DNA from: Phoronis australis
Taxonomy: Eukaryota; Animalia; Phoronida
Length of the DNA: 64,000 bases
Direction: 5' to 3'
NCBI GenBank assembly: GCA_002633005.1
Contig: NMRA01000015.1
Location: forward strand, 489,239 to 553,238
Made by a program: the position numbers and the translations under genes. Of the stretch, positions 61,001 to 64,000 are shown one piece after another; positions within the stretch are counted from its first letter, which is position 1; each line of letters begins with the position of its first letter. The notes beneath the pieces are model-generated. The model saw nothing but the letters and a program-made list of their open reading frames with translations. It was not told the origin of the DNA and did no database searches.

Positions 61001-64000
61001 ACCTCTTAAGTCTCACAGACAAGTATAGATAGAGCACGGCGCAAGGGATACAAGGATCATGAAATGAGAAGGATACAAGGAGCCAGGTTGTATGGACGAT
61101 GGAGCAGCAACACATAGTTGACGGAGCAAGGATATGTGGACCACGGAGCGAGTAGAATTACATGGTTCATGGGAAGTCAATTTGGAATGAGAATATGCAC
61201 AGCTTGGATTATAATAACACAGCACATTTTTAACAATCACATACCATAAAATTCCACCACTTTAAAGTCAAAAAATGTTTAACTGAAAATATCGCGTTTT
61301 TCTAAATTTTAAATGCTCCCTCGATTGCTGCAAATGATCACAAATTTGTCACACGGTGACAGCTGGAAAGTGCAATCCATGATAAATTTTTTTCAGTTAG
61401 ATTTTTTTATAATTTGTCTTCCACACTGCGCACTTGTTTATAATATCAAAGTGATGATAACGATGATGCCGATGTTCATTACAATAGGAAGTAACTCCAA
61501 TTCTAGTAAAAAACAGGTTGTACTTTTATCACAAGGCTAGTCGCATTCCAGGCACCGCTATTCAGAATGCATAAGGGTAATAAAACAGTTATCTTCTCAG
61601 CTAGGACCATAAATCGATTGTGGAGCTGTGTTTACTTACACAGTTCAAATGGGACAGTTGTAGGACTAAGCGTAGGGTTCACAAAGAACTACTTTTGATG
61701 ACCTTGCACACCCAATTTCAAAAGGCCCATTGTCTGCGAACAACACCCATGGTTTACAATGGTCCTCAAAAGTCTAAACCACTTTGCATACTAGTTAACT
61801 CCTCCAAGCCCAAAATGTAATTTGATCTAAATAAAAAAATGTCCTAAAACTCAAGACAAAATATGACAAACTGGGTTAATAGAGATCTCTCCCAGAAGGC
61901 AGGCCCAAGTATCACTGGTGACATAATGAGTGCTTATTTCAGTCACAATCAACGATAAAACAGTAATGTTTACCCATCAGCGCATAGCATAATTTCGTGC
62001 GCGACTAGATTGCAACAGAAGTAGGGCGCCACCTTGAGCCTCTCCGCATCCTGTGACAACTTCGTCAATTACTGTCTCAGTATTCACTACAGAAACAATT
62101 GCTATGGTTGAGTAGATCAGTGAAAAACTCTCATCAAACCATTCTACTGGCAATTAGGAAAACACTACCTTCGTGTCTGACCCAGGAAGCATTTGTTTGC
62201 ACAAGGTAAATTAAGTGAGCGAACTTAAGTGAGTAATTAATTAAAGGACAAAGGTGACAACAGATATTCAAGATGGCCAGGTGACTGGATAAACAACCAG
62301 GAGGAAGGTTAGGGGTGGTCTGTGTTTGTCTTTTTGGTTTCTAATACAAATCAAATCCCCTTGATGCAACACTGAGTTCCTTTCGAATATTATGCTAATG
62401 GTATTTGCTACATTGCTTCAGAACACAGTAGTTCCTAATACAAACTGAATACTTGTGTGCGTCAGTATCTGTTTGCCTTTGGCTGATTTCAAGTATTGTC
62501 CACTGATGGACAGTTGAGTATCCAGGTCAAGTAGTACGTTTAAGTAACCACCAACAAACTAAAATCTTAACTACTTTCTACAAATGCTAATGTGCAGTCA
62601 ACTGTTTTCTTCTACCACTCACTTTACAACTTGTTCATAAGATTATTGACTATACAGGCACTGAATTTTAAAATAAAATTGAAGTAAAATTACCTGAAAA
62701 TTTTCAGTGTTATGTAATGATATGTAGTACGAAACATCCTACTGTTCACAAAATTTCAGTAATCCTACGTTCACTAAGTTTGGTTCAGTAAACAATACAA
62801 GTAGAGTAACATGTAACTAATTTAGGACACAATACGGCCAACAAATCAAATTTCAATATTTTATCAACCTTTCCATGAAACATGTGTAGCACTTAATCGT
62901 TACGCATGTTCAACTTATGTAGCACAGCTGCCATCAGACAAAGTTTTGACAAATACTGGCCATTCACAGCCATGTAAAAAGTCTTTGAAAATTGAAGAAG
63001 GTCATTTTTGATAATCATTTCGATCGAAATTGGTGAGATTTTAACATATTGTTGAAATTTCACTTGTTCCAAAAAGTCATGACTACACTTAATTTTAAAA
63101 TAAAATTGAATTAAAAGTACAAAAACGGTCATTGTTATGAAAATGAAATACCAATATCTGACAATTGTTCAATGCACCATGGCAGAGACCCTGTATACAT
63201 GGTTCAATTCCATAAAAAAACTTAAAAGCCTAATACTAACAATGTGGTGAAAGCATGATCGCCATGTTGACCTGAAGTGTTGGTGTCACACCAACACCTG
63301 GAAGACTTTGAGATCAGTGCCAGCTATTGGCAAATTGACATTAATTGGCTAACACGAACACTGACAGAAGCGTACAGCCATAACAATTTTATTTAAAAAA
63401 AAATATTGTTTTAATTGACATTTTTCATTCTTAAAATCTCATTAAGTTAACAATTTGACCATGTACACGATAACCACAGTACAATTCAAACTGTGTTTTA
63501 TTTAACAATCATCCTAAAAATCTCTTCTTAAATTACTTTTGTCAAAAATTTGCCAAAACCATATTGAAGAAAGATTAACTTGGAATGTATTTGGGTAATA
63601 GCCAATATGAACAATGAAAACATTTCAGTTCCGAGAATCAAACACTGCTCACATACCGTGTCTAATTTCTTACACACTTTAGTCATCACCACAACAATAG
63701 CTCAAAGATGAGAGATAGGAAATCAAACACACAGACATGTGTATTTTCACAGGGGAAAAATATCCATAAGTCATCATCATGAAAAGGTAACCAATTTTTC
63801 GAAATTCTTGTCTCTGTATTGATTACAAACAAAGCAGTGGGTCTTTGTCAGTTATTAACTTAAATATTTGCACAATCCACCACTAACAAGGCGAGCACTG
63901 AGGAAAAACAGTCCTGTTTCTTTAGCGACACCTATTGGTATCAGGACAAGGCTACTACACTTATCTTTCATCATACACTTGCAGTTTGTCATTCATTACT

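Noticed and set aside
60397-61115. MYPVNSPMG-repeat ORFs
   Set aside because: 27-bp minisatellite in an ACC intron, open in several frames
61100-64000. Further ACC exon expected upstream (FADLHDT motif)
   Set aside because: Not found on the minus strand; presumably lies beyond the window

Overview
Animal genomic DNA, probably from a lophotrochozoan-type invertebrate (inferred from gene style and repeats; the species cannot be read from sequence). The ORF track is mostly noise. Splicing GT-AG exons by hand gives three genes: (1) the 3' ~631 codons of the deubiquitinase USP5/USP13 (+, 15 exons, 405-15086); (2) a complete tailless/TLX (NR2E1) nuclear receptor (-, 7 coding exons, 33322-21300, 387 aa) with a ~19-kb gene-free upstream region; (3) the last three coding exons of acetyl-CoA carboxylase (-, 59639-55163). 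The two housekeeping genes look CpG-poor and carry many intronic minisatellites, while the tailless domain between them looks CpG-rich and has few. Three copies of a DINE-1/HINE-like (Helentron-associated) element carry arrays of CTCF-consensus-like motifs, and two of them flank the tailless domain. The putative tailless 3' UTR holds a ~230-nt inverted repeat with degenerate minimal hammerhead-ribozyme motifs. I found no novel protein-coding system; the interesting signals are non-coding and remain hypotheses.
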